Shown here: piece by piece, positions 1-12,060 of the stretch
Position numbering within the stretch: the stretch's first letter is position 1
Layout: each line of letters starts with the position of its first letter
From: an uncultured bacterium
GTDB lineage: Bacteria; Verrucomicrobiota; Verrucomicrobiia; Limisphaerales; UBA8199
Assembly: GCA_963749495.1 (NCBI GenBank)
Contig: CAVVMW010000004.1
Location: 672,001 to 736,000 of the forward strand
Length of the DNA: 64,000 bases
Direction: 5' to 3'
Notes under the pieces: generated by a model
What the model was told of the DNA's origin: nothing
The model's input: the letters and a program-made list of their open reading frames with translations, nothing else
The model's database searches: none
Program-made: the position numbers and the translations under genes

Positions 1-1468
1 TGGCGTGGGTGATGATCTTCCGCGCCTGGATCCACGGTCCTTCGGGGCGAGCGGCCTCGCTGTACCAAACCTCGCCCAGCATGGTTGCGCCCATGGCCTC
101 GGAGCCAATCATGATGTAGCGCTTCCGGTATTGGTTCCAAAAGCAAGAGCAGTTGCCCAGGAGAATGGCCTTGCCGCTCCCGGCGTCCTGGAGCCGGAAC
201 GGCGATTCCTGGGGCGTCATCCGGCCTGCCGCCGTCAACTCCTGCTGCTCCTTGGGAGTCAGTGGCGGCGTATCCTTCTTCCATGCCCACACCAGCTTGC
301 CGGCGCCGTCCCGGTCCAGTTGCGCCTGCTTGCCGCTGCCGTAGCGCGTGCCCGGCTTGAGGCACGTGTAGCCCTCGTAGCTGGCCAGGTCCAGGTATGA
401 CCTCCAGTCCGCCTTTACCCGCAACGCCGGGTACGGCGCCGTGAAATACACACACCGTAGCCCCCCTTCCTCCACCTCGAACGGATAGCCCAACGGCGTC
501 ATCGGCGGATTGAGCGCGACCGCCTTGAGCTTCTCGAACTGCTCCTTGTCCTGGTTGTAGGCGACAAATCCATTGTCGAGCACCTCGCCCAGCCCGCGCC
601 GGCGCTGGTAATAGGCCAGCATCCGTTCCCGGCCCATCTCGTCCGGCAGGACCACCAGGCCGAAGAGCCAGACCACTCCCTCTCCCCCCATCGGCGCCAT
701 CTTCCGGGCAAACCCATCCGGCCCCGTGAAGTACTTCAGGTCAAAACCGGCCGCCGGGTCGATCTGGTCCGGCAACGCGGTCGTGGCGCCGGCCATGGCG
801 AAATTGCCCAGGGCGTAGGAAGCCCTCGAGGTGTCGCCGTAAAACCAATAGAGTTTGCCCCCGTAAATGGCGTTGAGAATGCCGTCCTGGCCGGTCACCT
901 CCGCGTTGAGCAGCGGCTGGGCAATCGGCGGCTGGCGCCCCAGCAGCACGGTATCACGGTAAATCCCCTGGCCCGTAATGCGATAGAGCCGCTCCGCAAT
1001 GTTGAGCCGCTTGATCTTGACCCGCGCGATCTCCCCGGGCCTTGTCTGGAGCACCACGCCCCTGAGCCCGAAACCATCCGCGGCAAATTCGTAACCGTGG
1101 CTGGAGACGCCAAACCAGACCTTCCGGTCCATCAGCCCAGGCTCGAAGAATGCCGCCAGGCCGCTCGAGTCCGTGTAATAACAGGCGCCGCTGGTCGTCT
1201 TGAGTTCCACCATCGGCACCCCGCGCCCGGTCTGCTCGTCCACCACCTCGATCCCGAAGTAGCCGCCGGGGCTGGGAACAGAAGCCGCCGCCCCGCCGGC
1301 CGCCGCACCCAAGCCCAGCGCCAACGTGGCGATCACCCAGGCTCCCAGGCGCGCGCGCAGGGTGTGGAGGGCCGAGGGGCGAGGGGTCCGGGGCCGGGAG
1401 TCGGAGGCCAGGGTCCGATCTGCGCGCTCGCGTAAAAGCCGGCTTGGAAATCCGCAATAGCGTCTCAT
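1..1468 (-). CDS. Conserved hypothetical exported protein (partial; runs off window start)
   Basis: Read manually: open frame from ATG at 1468 to base 1, with a hydrophobic signal-like stretch (WVIATLALGLGAAAG) followed by YFGIEVVDEQTGRGVPMVEL...LYRITGQGIYRD...LYWFYGDT. Absent from the ORF track because there is no stop in the window. Start uncertain. Confidence 0.75.
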   Translation of the reverse strand, partial: MRRYCGFPSRLLRERADRTLASDSRPRTPRPSALHTLRARLGAWVIATLALGLGAAAGGAAASVPSPGGYFGIEVVDEQTGRGVPMVELKTTSGACYYTDSSGLAAFFEPGLMDRKVWFGVSSHGYEFAADGFGLRGVVLQTRPGEIARVKIKRLNIAERLYRITGQGIYRDTVLLGRQPPIAQPLLNAEVTGQDGILNAIYGGKLYWFYGDTSRASYALGNFAMAGATTALPDQIDPAAGFDLKYFTGPDGFARKMAPMGGEGVVWLFGLVVLPDEMGRERMLAYYQRRRGLGEVLDNGFVAYNQDKEQFEKLKAVALNPPMTPLGYPFEVEEGGLRCVYFTAPYPALRVKADWRSYLDLASYEGYTCLKPGTRYGSGKQAQLDRDGAGKLVWAWKKDTPPLTPKEQQELTAAGRMTPQESPFRLQDAGSGKAILLGNCSCFWNQYRKRYIMIGSEAMGATMLGEVWYSEAARPEGPWIQARKIITHA

Positions 1469-1576
1469 CCTCGGCAGGATGGACAGACCTGCTCGCCGGT
1501 GCAAGCACCGCCGCGAGCGCCGGGAAATCGAGGCAACGAAGGTAACTCTGCCTCGCGGCCCAACGGGCCGCCAGAA

Positions 1577-2077
1577 CCTAGCCCAGGGCTGAGGCCGTCA
1601 GGCCGATGCCCTGGGTTTCGCCCCAAGCCCGGGCCCCGCGCCCTGCAAAGGGCGCTAGAGCCCCTCTAAAGCGAACCACGCAACATTGGCACGACCTTTG
1701 TCGCCGCCTTTGTCGGGACCTTTGTCGAGAATTGCGGCCTTCGACAAGGGTCCCGACAAAGGCTGCGACGAAGGTCCAGAATCCACATGGGTGTGCCAAT
1801 GTTGGTTGCTCCGGCTTAGCGCCCTCCCCAGGAACCGACACCAAGTCCGAAGGTTTTGGACTGCGGCAGTCCTCTGCCGCTTTCGCGCCGGCAGCGAGGG
1901 GACACAAAAGCGGCAGAGGACTGCCGCAGTCCAAAACGCTTCGCGGGACGGGAACGCGGTGTCGAGGTTCAGGGGCGCAAAGCGCGAATTCGTTCCGGGA
2001 ATTCTTTCAGGGCGCGCCTGATCTTCCGGGGGCATGTTCCCAGGGCATCGGCCTGGGGGCCTCAGCCCTGGGCTAGG
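1577..2077. repeat. Nested composite REP-like palindrome cluster
   Basis: Outer IR CCTAGCCCAGGGCTGAGGCC...GGCCTCAGCCCTGGGCTAGG encloses a CCTTTGTCG/CGACAAAGG 12-mer palindrome (~1693-1776) and a GTTTTGGACTGCGGCAGTCCTCTGCCGCTTT hairpin (~1853-1937). Confidence 0.9.
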
Positions 2078-2103
2078 CTCTGCCGGCCCGTCGGGCCGGA
2101 GAT

Positions 2104-4264
<2,161 letters not shown>

Positions 4265-4298
4265 TGAAACTGAAATCAGGTGTTTGCAGATCGGCAGC

Positions 4299-4670
4299 TT
4301 AAGCCAGGGCCAACCCATGCGGAATGAAAAGCCGAAAATCGACCGCATTGGCGGTGGCTAGCTTCGCCCCGCAACGAACAGCCACGGCGGCAATCATGCA
4401 ATCAGCGAGGGACCGGGAGCGTCTTCCGGTCTGGTTGGACAATTGGGCCGCCAATTCGGCATCGGCGCCGGAAAGGGCTTCGATCTGTGGAAACAACTGC
4501 CTGGCAAGAGCTTCATCAGAATTGGAGAGCGGGCCAGAGAAGAACTCCGCCCACGCCGCCGCGGATATCCCCAAAGGCTCACCCACCTGCAGCCAAGCCC
4601 TGAAGCTGGCCTGCTCCGGCGATCCGCCGCGGAAGGCAGTAATGAGGAAGCTGGTATCGAGATGAATCAC
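4299..4670 (-). CDS. vapC: PIN-domain VapC-type toxin
   Basis: 123 aa with PIN acidic pattern HLDTSFLI...WAEF...SLADCMIAA...LATAN..DF. Confidence 0.85.
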   Translation of the reverse strand: MIHLDTSFLITAFRGGSPEQASFRAWLQVGEPLGISAAAWAEFFSGPLSNSDEALARQLFPQIEALSGADAELAAQLSNQTGRRSRSLADCMIAAVAVRCGAKLATANAVDFRLFIPHGLALA

Positions 4671-4677
4671 GGCTCGA

Positions 4678-4914
4678 TCACCTTCGCCCCTCGCGGATCA
4701 TGTCCATCCACGCTGACGCTTTGGCCTCGTCGAGATTAAGGCTCTTCTGGAGCGCCTTGAAGGCCTCGAGCCGAGTCATTTGCGGGGGAGCCTCGGCGGC
4801 CTGGGCAGGTTCCAGAACCGTCAACAACCCCCTTCCTTTCTCCGGCAACCGCTCTGGCTCCGCAGGTACGATCCGGCCATGGTCGATTTGGACTTCCAAG
4901 GTTAAGTAGCTCAT
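4678..4914 (-). CDS. Putative antitoxin partner of VapC
   Basis: Small ORF (MSYLTLEVQIDHGRIVP...) ending 7 bp upstream of vapC; size and position typical of a type II antitoxin. Confidence 0.65.
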   Translation of the reverse strand: MSYLTLEVQIDHGRIVPAEPERLPEKGRGLLTVLEPAQAAEAPPQMTRLEAFKALQKSLNLDEAKASAWMDMIREGRR

Positions 4915-5059
4915 AACTTGATCGTACAATACGGGCTTATCGATCCTCTGGCGATTCAAATCCCTGTTGGCACTGTTTACCTGGGCGCCTCTGGATCTTT
5001 AGCACCCACGTACTGAACCAGACTCGGCCTCGATGCCAGCCATGAGCAACGTCGTGCTC

Positions 5060-6888
5060 TCATTCCTCCACCGGCACGACCAGGTTGCCCATGATGTAGT
5101 CCTTCCGCTCGGGGGTGTTCTTGCCCATGTAAAAGCCCAGGATGCCCGCGGCCTCGGGTTTGGGGGCGTATTCGACCTGGCTGAGGCGCATCTCCTTGCC
5201 GATAAACTGCTTGAACTCCGGGGGCGAATCTCGCCCAGGCCTTTGAACCGGGTGATCTCGCAGGCCTTGCCCAGCTTCGCCGCGGCCTGGTCGCGCTCCG
5301 CCTCCGAATAGCAGTAGAGGGTCTGCTCCTTGTTCCGGGCGCGGAACAGCGGCGTCTCCAGCACGAACAGGTGCCCCTCGCGCACGAGCTGGTCGAAAAA
5401 CCGGAAGAAGTAGGTGATCAGCAAATTGCGGATGTGCAGGCCGTCCACGTCGGCGTCGGTGGCCAGGACGACCTTGTCATAGCGGAGGCCATCGAGGTTG
5501 TCCTCGATGTCCAGGCTGCGCATGAGGTTGTACATCTCGTCGTTTTTATAGACGATGTCGCGCTTGAGGTCCCAGACGTTGAGGGGCTTGCCTTTGAGGA
5601 CGAAGATGGCCTGCGTGTTCACGTCGCGGCAGCTCACGATCGAGCCTGCGGCCGACTGCCCCTCGGTGAGGAAGATCATCGAGCCGGCGCCTTTGCCCCT
5701 GGCCTTGTCGTAATGGAGCTTGCAGTCCTTGAGCTGGGGGATGCGGATGGTGATGGCCTTGGCCCGCTCGCGCGCCAGCTTCTTGACCTCCTGCAGTTCC
5801 TTGCGCAACTGCCGGGTGTCCTGGACCTTGCCGACGATCTTCTCGGCGATCTCCTTGTTCCGGTGGAAGAACTGGAGCAACTCCTCGCGCACCCGGTTGA
5901 CCAGGTCCGTGCGAATCTCGGTGTTGCCGAGCTTGTTTTTGGTCTGGGACTCGAAGACCGGGTCCTTGAGCCGGATCGCCACCGCGCCGATCATGCTCTC
6001 GCGCACGTCGTCGCCCTCGAACTTCTCGCGGGCGTGCTCGTTGACCGCCTTGAGCAGGCCCTCGCGGAAGGCGCTCAGGTGCGTGCCGCCGTCGGCCGTG
6101 TACTGGCCGTTGACGAACGAGTAAAAGGTCTCGCCGTAGCGGCTGTTGCAGTGCGTGAAACAGAACTCGAGCGTCCGTTCCGAATAGTGCAGCGGCGGAT
6201 AAATCGGCTCGCTCCCGTCGGCCCGCAGGTCCTCGGTGACCAGGTCCAGCAGCCCGTTGCGCGACTGGAAGACCTGGCCGTTGTAGATCAGCCTCAGGCC
6301 CGTATTGAGGAAGCTGTAATGCCGCAGCCGCCGCTCCACGTGCTCGGGCTGGAACTGGACCTGCTGGAAAATCTCCGGGTCCGGCTCGAACCGGATCAAC
6401 GTCCCGTCCGCCTCCGAGGTCTTGCCCCGCTTCTGGCCCTTGAGCTTGCCCTGCTTGAACCAGGCCTCGACAAACTCCCCCTCCCGAAAACTGCGCACCA
6501 GGAATTCCTTGGAGAGCGCATTGACCGCCTTGGTGCCCACGCCGTTGAGACCCACGCTGAACTGGAAGACGTCGTCGTTGTACTTCGCGCCCGTGTTGAT
6601 CTGCGACACGCAGTCCACCACCTTCCCCAGCGGGATGCCCCGCCCGAAATCCCGCACCGTCACCGCCTTGTCCTGGATGGACACCTGCACCTCCTTGCCC
6701 GCTCCCATGATGAACTCGTCGATGGCGTTGTCGATCACCTCCTTGAGCAGGATGTAACAGCCGTCCTCGTAATGCGAGCCGTCGCCGATCCGGCCGATGT
6801 ACATGCCCGTGCGCAGCCGGATGTGCTCCAGCGACGAGAGCGTCTTGATCTTGCTCTCGTCATAGACGTGTTTGATGTTCTCTGCCAT
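5060..6888 (-). CDS. parE: DNA topoisomerase IV subunit B (ParE/GyrB family); probable indel near 5222
   Basis: EHIRLRTGMYIG, GHKL motifs (EVIDNAIDE, DFGRGIP, GLNGVG) and TOPRIM motifs (LTEGQSA, TDADVDG, RFKGLGE). The natural C-terminus (...FYMGKNTPERKDYIMGNLVVPVEE*) is in another frame ending at 5060. Confidence 0.92.
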
Positions 6889-6990
6889 AGTCGCCGCATC
6901 TCAGTATCTGCGCTCTCCCACCGGTTGCCAATAGAAATACGCCGATAGACTGGACATTAGTATAATATCCACTCCCCTGTCCAGCATTTT

Positions 6991-7150
6991 AATGCGGAGT
7001 GCGGAATGCGGAGTGCGGAGTGCGGAATGCGCACTCCCACCCCCGTCTTCCGTCTGCTGCCCTCCCTCCTCCGCATTCGTCATTCGTCATTCGTCATTCG
7101 TCATTCCCCACTCCGTCCTCCGACCTCCGGCCTCCGACCTCCGGCCTCCG
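6991..7150. repeat. Heptamer tandem repeats (TGCGGAG/A, TCATTCG, CTCCGAC/GGC)
   Basis: Directly visible tandem 7-mers between the parE start and the upstream gene end. Confidence 0.9.
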
Positions 7151-7670
7151 CGCGCGCCTTGACCCGGTTGAGCAACTCCCGGTAGGGCTCTTTCCTGGCG
7201 TGGGAGAGCTTGTGCTCGGTTTCGAAAGTGGCGTCGCCGTGGTCCGAGACGCGGAAGACGTCGCACGTGACCAGTTCCTGGCCCTGGCCCAAGGCGGCAA
7301 CGCGGACCTTGACGCGCAACCACACTTTGTTGGCGTGCCAATCACCATAGAGCACCGTTGCCATTGCGCCGCCCGGCTTCTCGAAGATGAGGCACAGATC
7401 CGTGTCCTTGTTGGCGGGCGTCGGCACCGGCTTGTAGCCGGCCTGCTGAAAGACTTCGGAGACGGCGCGCGCCGTCTCGAGCGGCGTTGGTCCGCTCACG
7501 ACCGCCACCGCCACGCTGTCGTGGCCGGGGACCTTGGGAGTGTGGCACCCGCCGCACAGCCAGGCGCAGACACACACGCACGCAAAACCCGCCAGTCTGC
7601 CGCTCACCGCAGGCAATCCCCGGGAACTCCGTCCCTTCAATCGCTTCATCATATACTGGCTCCATTTCAC
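7101..7670 (-). CDS. Hypothetical lipoprotein
   Basis: 189 aa; hydrophobic N-region ending in lipobox-like LCGGC; overlaps the stop of the upstream HEAT gene. Confidence 0.6.
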   Translation of the reverse strand: MKWSQYMMKRLKGRSSRGLPAVSGRLAGFACVCVCAWLCGGCHTPKVPGHDSVAVAVVSGPTPLETARAVSEVFQQAGYKPVPTPANKDTDLCLIFEKPGGAMATVLYGDWHANKVWLRVKVRVAALGQGQELVTCDVFRVSDHGDATFETEHKLSHARKEPYRELLNRVKARAEAGGRRPEVGGRSGE

Positions 7671-9631
7671 CGAGAAGGCGCAGAACTTGTTATGGTCTTC
7701 GCCGCCCGGAGCGCCCGGTCTCGAAGATCGGCGTTCGCCACGGTGGCGGCGATTTTCTCGAGGGCGGCCTTGAGCGCACCGGCATCCGACCCGGTCGCCA
7801 GGGCCGGAGCGATTTGGACCACGCCCGCCGCCGCCTCAGTCCGGAGGTTGGGGTCATCCAGATAGGGCGCCAGGAGCCGGAAGCTCTCAACGGTTCTCAA
7901 GCGGCCCAGAACGCCGAGTATCCGCCGTTTCTCTCCGATGGACTGCGCCACGGGATTCGCGCGCTGCACCCAGCGCGCAATCGTCGCCTCCGGGGTTTGC
8001 CCCTCGTCGGCAGCGGTTGCGGCCAGGTCGATGACCGACCCCAGGGCGCGCTTCCGAAGGGCAGGGCTCGAGGCGGCGTCCATCGCCCGGAGCAGGGTTT
8101 CCATGGGCGCCGGGTCGGGCCAGCGGCCCAGTTGCGAGAGCGCATTGTCCGCTACCGTTTCGTCCGGGTCGCCGGCGGCGGCTTCGATCGCGGGCAGGGC
8201 CTTGGCGTAAGCAACGCTAGCCAGCACGCGGATCCAGCAGTTCCTCTCAGCGGGTTTGGCGGCCTGTTTCAATTCAGCCAGCACCGTTTCGGCCGCCGGA
8301 GTCTGTCCGCCGGACCTGCTGCACGCGCCTGCCAGGGCGTTTTCAGCCGCATCCCTGACTGCTTCGTCCCGGCACGACTTGATCAGAGCAATCAGGCCGG
8401 CCAACTCATCGGCGCCGGCCACGGATTGGAGCGCAGAGAGAGCCGCGAGACTCACCTCCCTGTCCGGCCCGGCCGCGTATTTGAGGATTTCTCCGCTCGC
8501 TTTGACCGTGCCCCGGCTGCCCAGGAGGCGGATAAGGTCAATGCGGGTCCCGGGTTTGTCGGCGGCGCTCAGGGCTTGCAGGAGGAGGTCGTCCGCGGCC
8601 GCTCCCTTGAGGGCTCTCAGCCCGTTCAGCACCACGGATTTATCCTCGGCAGTCTGGTCTTTGCGCAGCGCGGCGAGCAGCGCCGGGGCGGCGTCGGGGC
8701 CGATTCGCCCCAAAACCACGAGAGCGGTCCTGCGAATCTCGGGATTTGCGCCATCGGCCAGGGCCTCGATGGCCGGGATCGACTGGGGATTATGACAATC
8801 GGCAAGCGCCAGGAGCAGTTGTCCCTGGAGCTCCGGCGTGGCGCGCGTCAGCTCCGCGTTCAACGCGCCGGCGAGCGCGTCGTCCGGGATTTCGCGGATA
8901 GCGAGCAGCGCGGCATTGCGAATGGCGAGTTCTTCGGAGCGCAATTGCTCGACCAGAAACGGCACACGGCCGGCTTTCCGGGCGAGGATAGCGCCGCGGG
9001 TGGCTCCCACGCGGCAGGCCATTGGGACCTTGCCATGCCGGACCAGGTCGTATAGCGCGCGGGCTTCGTCCAGGTCTCCCTCGGTCCTTTGTCTATCGGC
9101 CGCCAGCAGGCACGCCGCTGCCGCCTCGGCTCGAGTCGCATCCGGTCCGCTCGCCAGTGCCTGCTCGAGGATTCGGATCGAGCGAGGCGATGAGATGTTC
9201 CCAAGCGCCAGGAGCGCCTCCTTCACAGCGCCCGAAGCGGGGTCGGCGGCCAATTTGCCCAGCAGCTCAACCGCTTGGCCGTCGCGCAGCGTCCCGAGCG
9301 AATTGACGACGCCGATCAGCAGCGGACCGTTGAGCCTGGGGGCGGCTTCCCTGAGCGCGGCAGCCGCGCTGGGGTCGGGAATGCCCTCCAGCCCCGAGCG
9401 CGCATAAGCGCCGAGCGCCGGGGACGTGAGCAAGGCGGCCAAGGCGGGAACGGCGTCACGGGTGCCGATTTCGCCCAGTTGCTGGCAGGCACGGGCCTTC
9501 TCGAAGAGAGAGGCCTCGGATTGCAGGACAGCAATCAGCTTTCCAGTCCTTTGCGCCGGATCTGAATCGGCAGCCTGGGCGGTGGAGGCGAAGAGGAGGG
9601 CGGCCAGAGCTGTGAGGAGGACCCTGGGCAT
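7667..9631 (-). CDS. Exported HEAT-repeat protein
   Basis: Signal peptide MPRVLLTALAALLFASTAQA, then repeated helical HEAT-like units (KARACQQLGEIG...AVPALAALL...ARSGLEGIP). The longer ORF to 10021 reads through palindromic repeats. Confidence 0.8.
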   Translation of the reverse strand: MPRVLLTALAALLFASTAQAADSDPAQRTGKLIAVLQSEASLFEKARACQQLGEIGTRDAVPALAALLTSPALGAYARSGLEGIPDPSAAAALREAAPRLNGPLLIGVVNSLGTLRDGQAVELLGKLAADPASGAVKEALLALGNISSPRSIRILEQALASGPDATRAEAAAACLLAADRQRTEGDLDEARALYDLVRHGKVPMACRVGATRGAILARKAGRVPFLVEQLRSEELAIRNAALLAIREIPDDALAGALNAELTRATPELQGQLLLALADCHNPQSIPAIEALADGANPEIRRTALVVLGRIGPDAAPALLAALRKDQTAEDKSVVLNGLRALKGAAADDLLLQALSAADKPGTRIDLIRLLGSRGTVKASGEILKYAAGPDREVSLAALSALQSVAGADELAGLIALIKSCRDEAVRDAAENALAGACSRSGGQTPAAETVLAELKQAAKPAERNCWIRVLASVAYAKALPAIEAAAGDPDETVADNALSQLGRWPDPAPMETLLRAMDAASSPALRKRALGSVIDLAATAADEGQTPEATIARWVQRANPVAQSIGEKRRILGVLGRLRTVESFRLLAPYLDDPNLRTEAAAGVVQIAPALATGSDAGALKAALEKIAATVANADLRDRALRAAKTITSSAPSR

Positions 9632-9634
9632 GCG

Positions 9635-9852
9635 GGGAATCCCAACGGGATTCCATCTCTCAGCCCAGGGTTGCGCGGCACGCGCTACCCTGGGTAGCAG
9701 CACCGCACGACCTCCAACCCTGAAAGGGTTGCAGCAAGCCGCGGGGCCAGCGGGCTGCAACCCTTTCAGGGTTGAGGTTAATCCTCGCCGCTCACCCAGG
9801 GTAGCGCGTGCCGCGCAACCCTGGGCTGAGTGATGGCATCCTTTCAGGATGC
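9635..9852. repeat. REP-doublet-like palindromic element
   Basis: CTCAGCCCAGGGTTGCGCGGCACGCGCTACCCTGGGT...CAACCCTGAAAGGGTTG and their reverse complements in inverted arrangement. Confidence 0.9.
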
Positions 9853-10061
9853 TCCAGTGGCGGCTTAGCGGGGTCATCACGTTGCCTCCCCGGAGAGCGG
9901 CAGAGGATGGGGGCAAAGACAAGCCTTGAAACGCCGGGCTATTGCCATGTGTCCCTCCGGGACAGAGATCCACCGCGGCAACTCCATTTGTGGGGAGATC
10001 CAAGGCTGTCGAGGTAATCATATTCTATTTCTATTCTCACTGGTTTGGGTTTTCGTCGCAC

Positions 10062-11375
10062 TCATACCGTGAAGCTCCACGGCTCCCGCGTGGCCCGGCG
10101 GCGCACCCGGTTTGCCTCGTCGTCGTCCACGAACTGCTCCTTCGCGGGATCGAGCTTGAGCTTGCGCCCGAGTTGCCACGAGAGCTGGGCCGCGAAGCAG
10201 GCGATGTGCGAGTGGCGCATGATGTCCTGGTTGCAGACGGGCATCGCCCTGGATTTCACGCAATCGAAGAAATTCCGCCCGTGCCCGGCGGAACTGAGTC
10301 CGGTGCCCGCGAACTCGCGGCGCAGAGATTTCGCCAAGTTGGGCGAGAGCGCGATTTCCCCGTTATCACCGGTTTCGACCCAGCCTTCGTCGCCCTCGAA
10401 GCGGACCGGGCAGGTGCCCGTGGAGGTTCTATACTGGGGAGACCGGTCACCGAAGGCCGTAGGGAGGAAGTCGCAGACCAACTTCACGCCATTGGCGTAG
10501 CGCGCGATGATGGAGGTGGGCGTGGCTTCGTACTCGAGGGGCATGGTGTGGTCGGCCTGGTTGGCCCACTGGCAGAGGTCCACGGTGTGGGCGCCCCAGT
10601 CGGGGAAATTGCCGGCGGCCTCGAAATCGTGGTGTCCCCGCCAGCCGCCGGCCACATACTGGCGGTTGTAGGGGCGCCGGGGCGCCGGCCCGAGCCAGAG
10701 GTCCCAGTCGCACTCGGTTTGGGGCGGCTCCGGCTCGCCCGGCAGCCAGTTGTAATTCTTCTGTGGCACGTACACCGAGGCATGGAGCGTGTGCAGCCGC
10801 CCCAGCTTGCCACTGTGGGCCAGGTGAATGGCGTATTGAAAATTGTTGACGCTCCGGCGTTGGGTTCCCGCCTGGTAAACCCGGCCGTAACGATGGATCC
10901 CGTCGGCCAGCGCCTGGATTTCGCCGATGGTCAGGCCGCAGGGTTTCTCGCTATAGACATCCTTCCCCGCCCTGGCCGCCAGCAGCGAAGCCAGCGCGTG
11001 CCAGTGATCGCCTGTGGCGATCAAAACGGCGTCAATATCCGGCCGGGCGAGCAGTTCCCGGAAGTCCCGGCACACGGCGCAATCCTTGTTCCCATAATGA
11101 GCATCGGCCATCCCCTTGACCTGCTCGCGCCGGCTGCGCTGCACGTCGCAGATGGCGACAAATTGAACGTCCTTCTCGGGCAACATGACGCTGAGGTCAT
11201 ATTGGCCGCGGGGGCCAAGGCCGATGCCGGCAAAGACAATCCGCTCGCTCGGCGCCACGGCGCCGTCGCGCCCCAGCACCCGCGCCGGGACGATGATGGG
11301 AATCGCCAGGCCTGCTCCTGCCAGGGCCGTTCGTTTAAGGAATTCACGCCGGTTCGCGCGCTTGCTCGTTCTCAT
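10062..11375 (-). CDS. Tat-exported Gfo/Idh/MocA family oxidoreductase
   Basis: Twin-arginine signal NRREFLK; GIGLGPRG Rossmann motif; IATGDHWH; DVYSEKP; GTQRRS; DWDLWLGPAP; DWGAH. Confidence 0.92.
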   Translation of the reverse strand: MRTSKRANRREFLKRTALAGAGLAIPIIVPARVLGRDGAVAPSERIVFAGIGLGPRGQYDLSVMLPEKDVQFVAICDVQRSRREQVKGMADAHYGNKDCAVCRDFRELLARPDIDAVLIATGDHWHALASLLAARAGKDVYSEKPCGLTIGEIQALADGIHRYGRVYQAGTQRRSVNNFQYAIHLAHSGKLGRLHTLHASVYVPQKNYNWLPGEPEPPQTECDWDLWLGPAPRRPYNRQYVAGGWRGHHDFEAAGNFPDWGAHTVDLCQWANQADHTMPLEYEATPTSIIARYANGVKLVCDFLPTAFGDRSPQYRTSTGTCPVRFEGDEGWVETGDNGEIALSPNLAKSLRREFAGTGLSSAGHGRNFFDCVKSRAMPVCNQDIMRHSHIACFAAQLSWQLGRKLKLDPAKEQFVDDDEANRVRRRATREPWSFTV

Positions 11376-11479
11376 GCCAGTGCCTTTCGGATGGTGCGCT
11401 CGCATTATCCGCGCCCGGCCCCCGGAAGCAAGCAAGTTGTCCGCTAAACCCGCTCGCGGGGCGCATCCAGACACCGCCC

Positions 11480-11940
11480 CCGGAACGCCGCATTTATGCG
11501 GCAGCTGCCTGGAAACTCCAGGAGCCTGCCGGCTGAAAGCCGGCGTTCCGGGAGCCAGTCTGCGGATGCGCTCCCGGTCGCGCCGCCGGCTATTCACGCT
11601 GTGCGGCTGAGCGCGCCCAGGGCTTAATTGGGGTTCATCGGCCAAAGACCGATTCTGAGCGCCGGAAGCGCGACTCATTGGGCTGAGGGATTGTTGTAGC
11701 GGCCCGGTGACGTGCGTTTGAGGAGCCCGCAGCCAAGGACGCCTATGAGGCAGGCCTTTGGCCTGCCACAGAATTAAACTGCGCGGAAACCCAGGGCGTT
11801 GCCCTGGGCTGGTATGAGCCAGGCCTTCGGCCTGAGGGCACCGGATACGATAAGTTCTGGTCAACGAGTGTGGCTGCCGATGTGGGTAAAGACAAACGTT
11901 GAAACGTCGGGCTATTCTCGATTGTCCCTCGGGGACAAGG
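11480..11940. repeat. Cluster of REP-like palindromes
   Basis: GGAACGCCGCATTTATGCGGCAG...CTGCCGGCTGAAAGCCGGCGTTCC; CCCAGGGCGTTGCCCTGGG; TGTCCCTCGGGGACA. Confidence 0.75.
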
Positions 11941-12060
11941 CTCACTGTGCTGGCTCCGGTTTCGAGGAAATCTAACATTGTCGAGATAGGCAAATGAAAT
12001 GGTTTATTCGATCATACATGCGCTGGCTGGAGGAAGAGAGTATGGACGAACCGCTCACCG

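Noticed and set aside
9632..11993. Long N-terminal extensions on the HEAT (to 10021) and Gfo/Idh/MocA (to 11993) ORFs
   Set aside because: The extensions translate palindromic repeats; signal peptides mark the likelier starts at 9631 and 11375.
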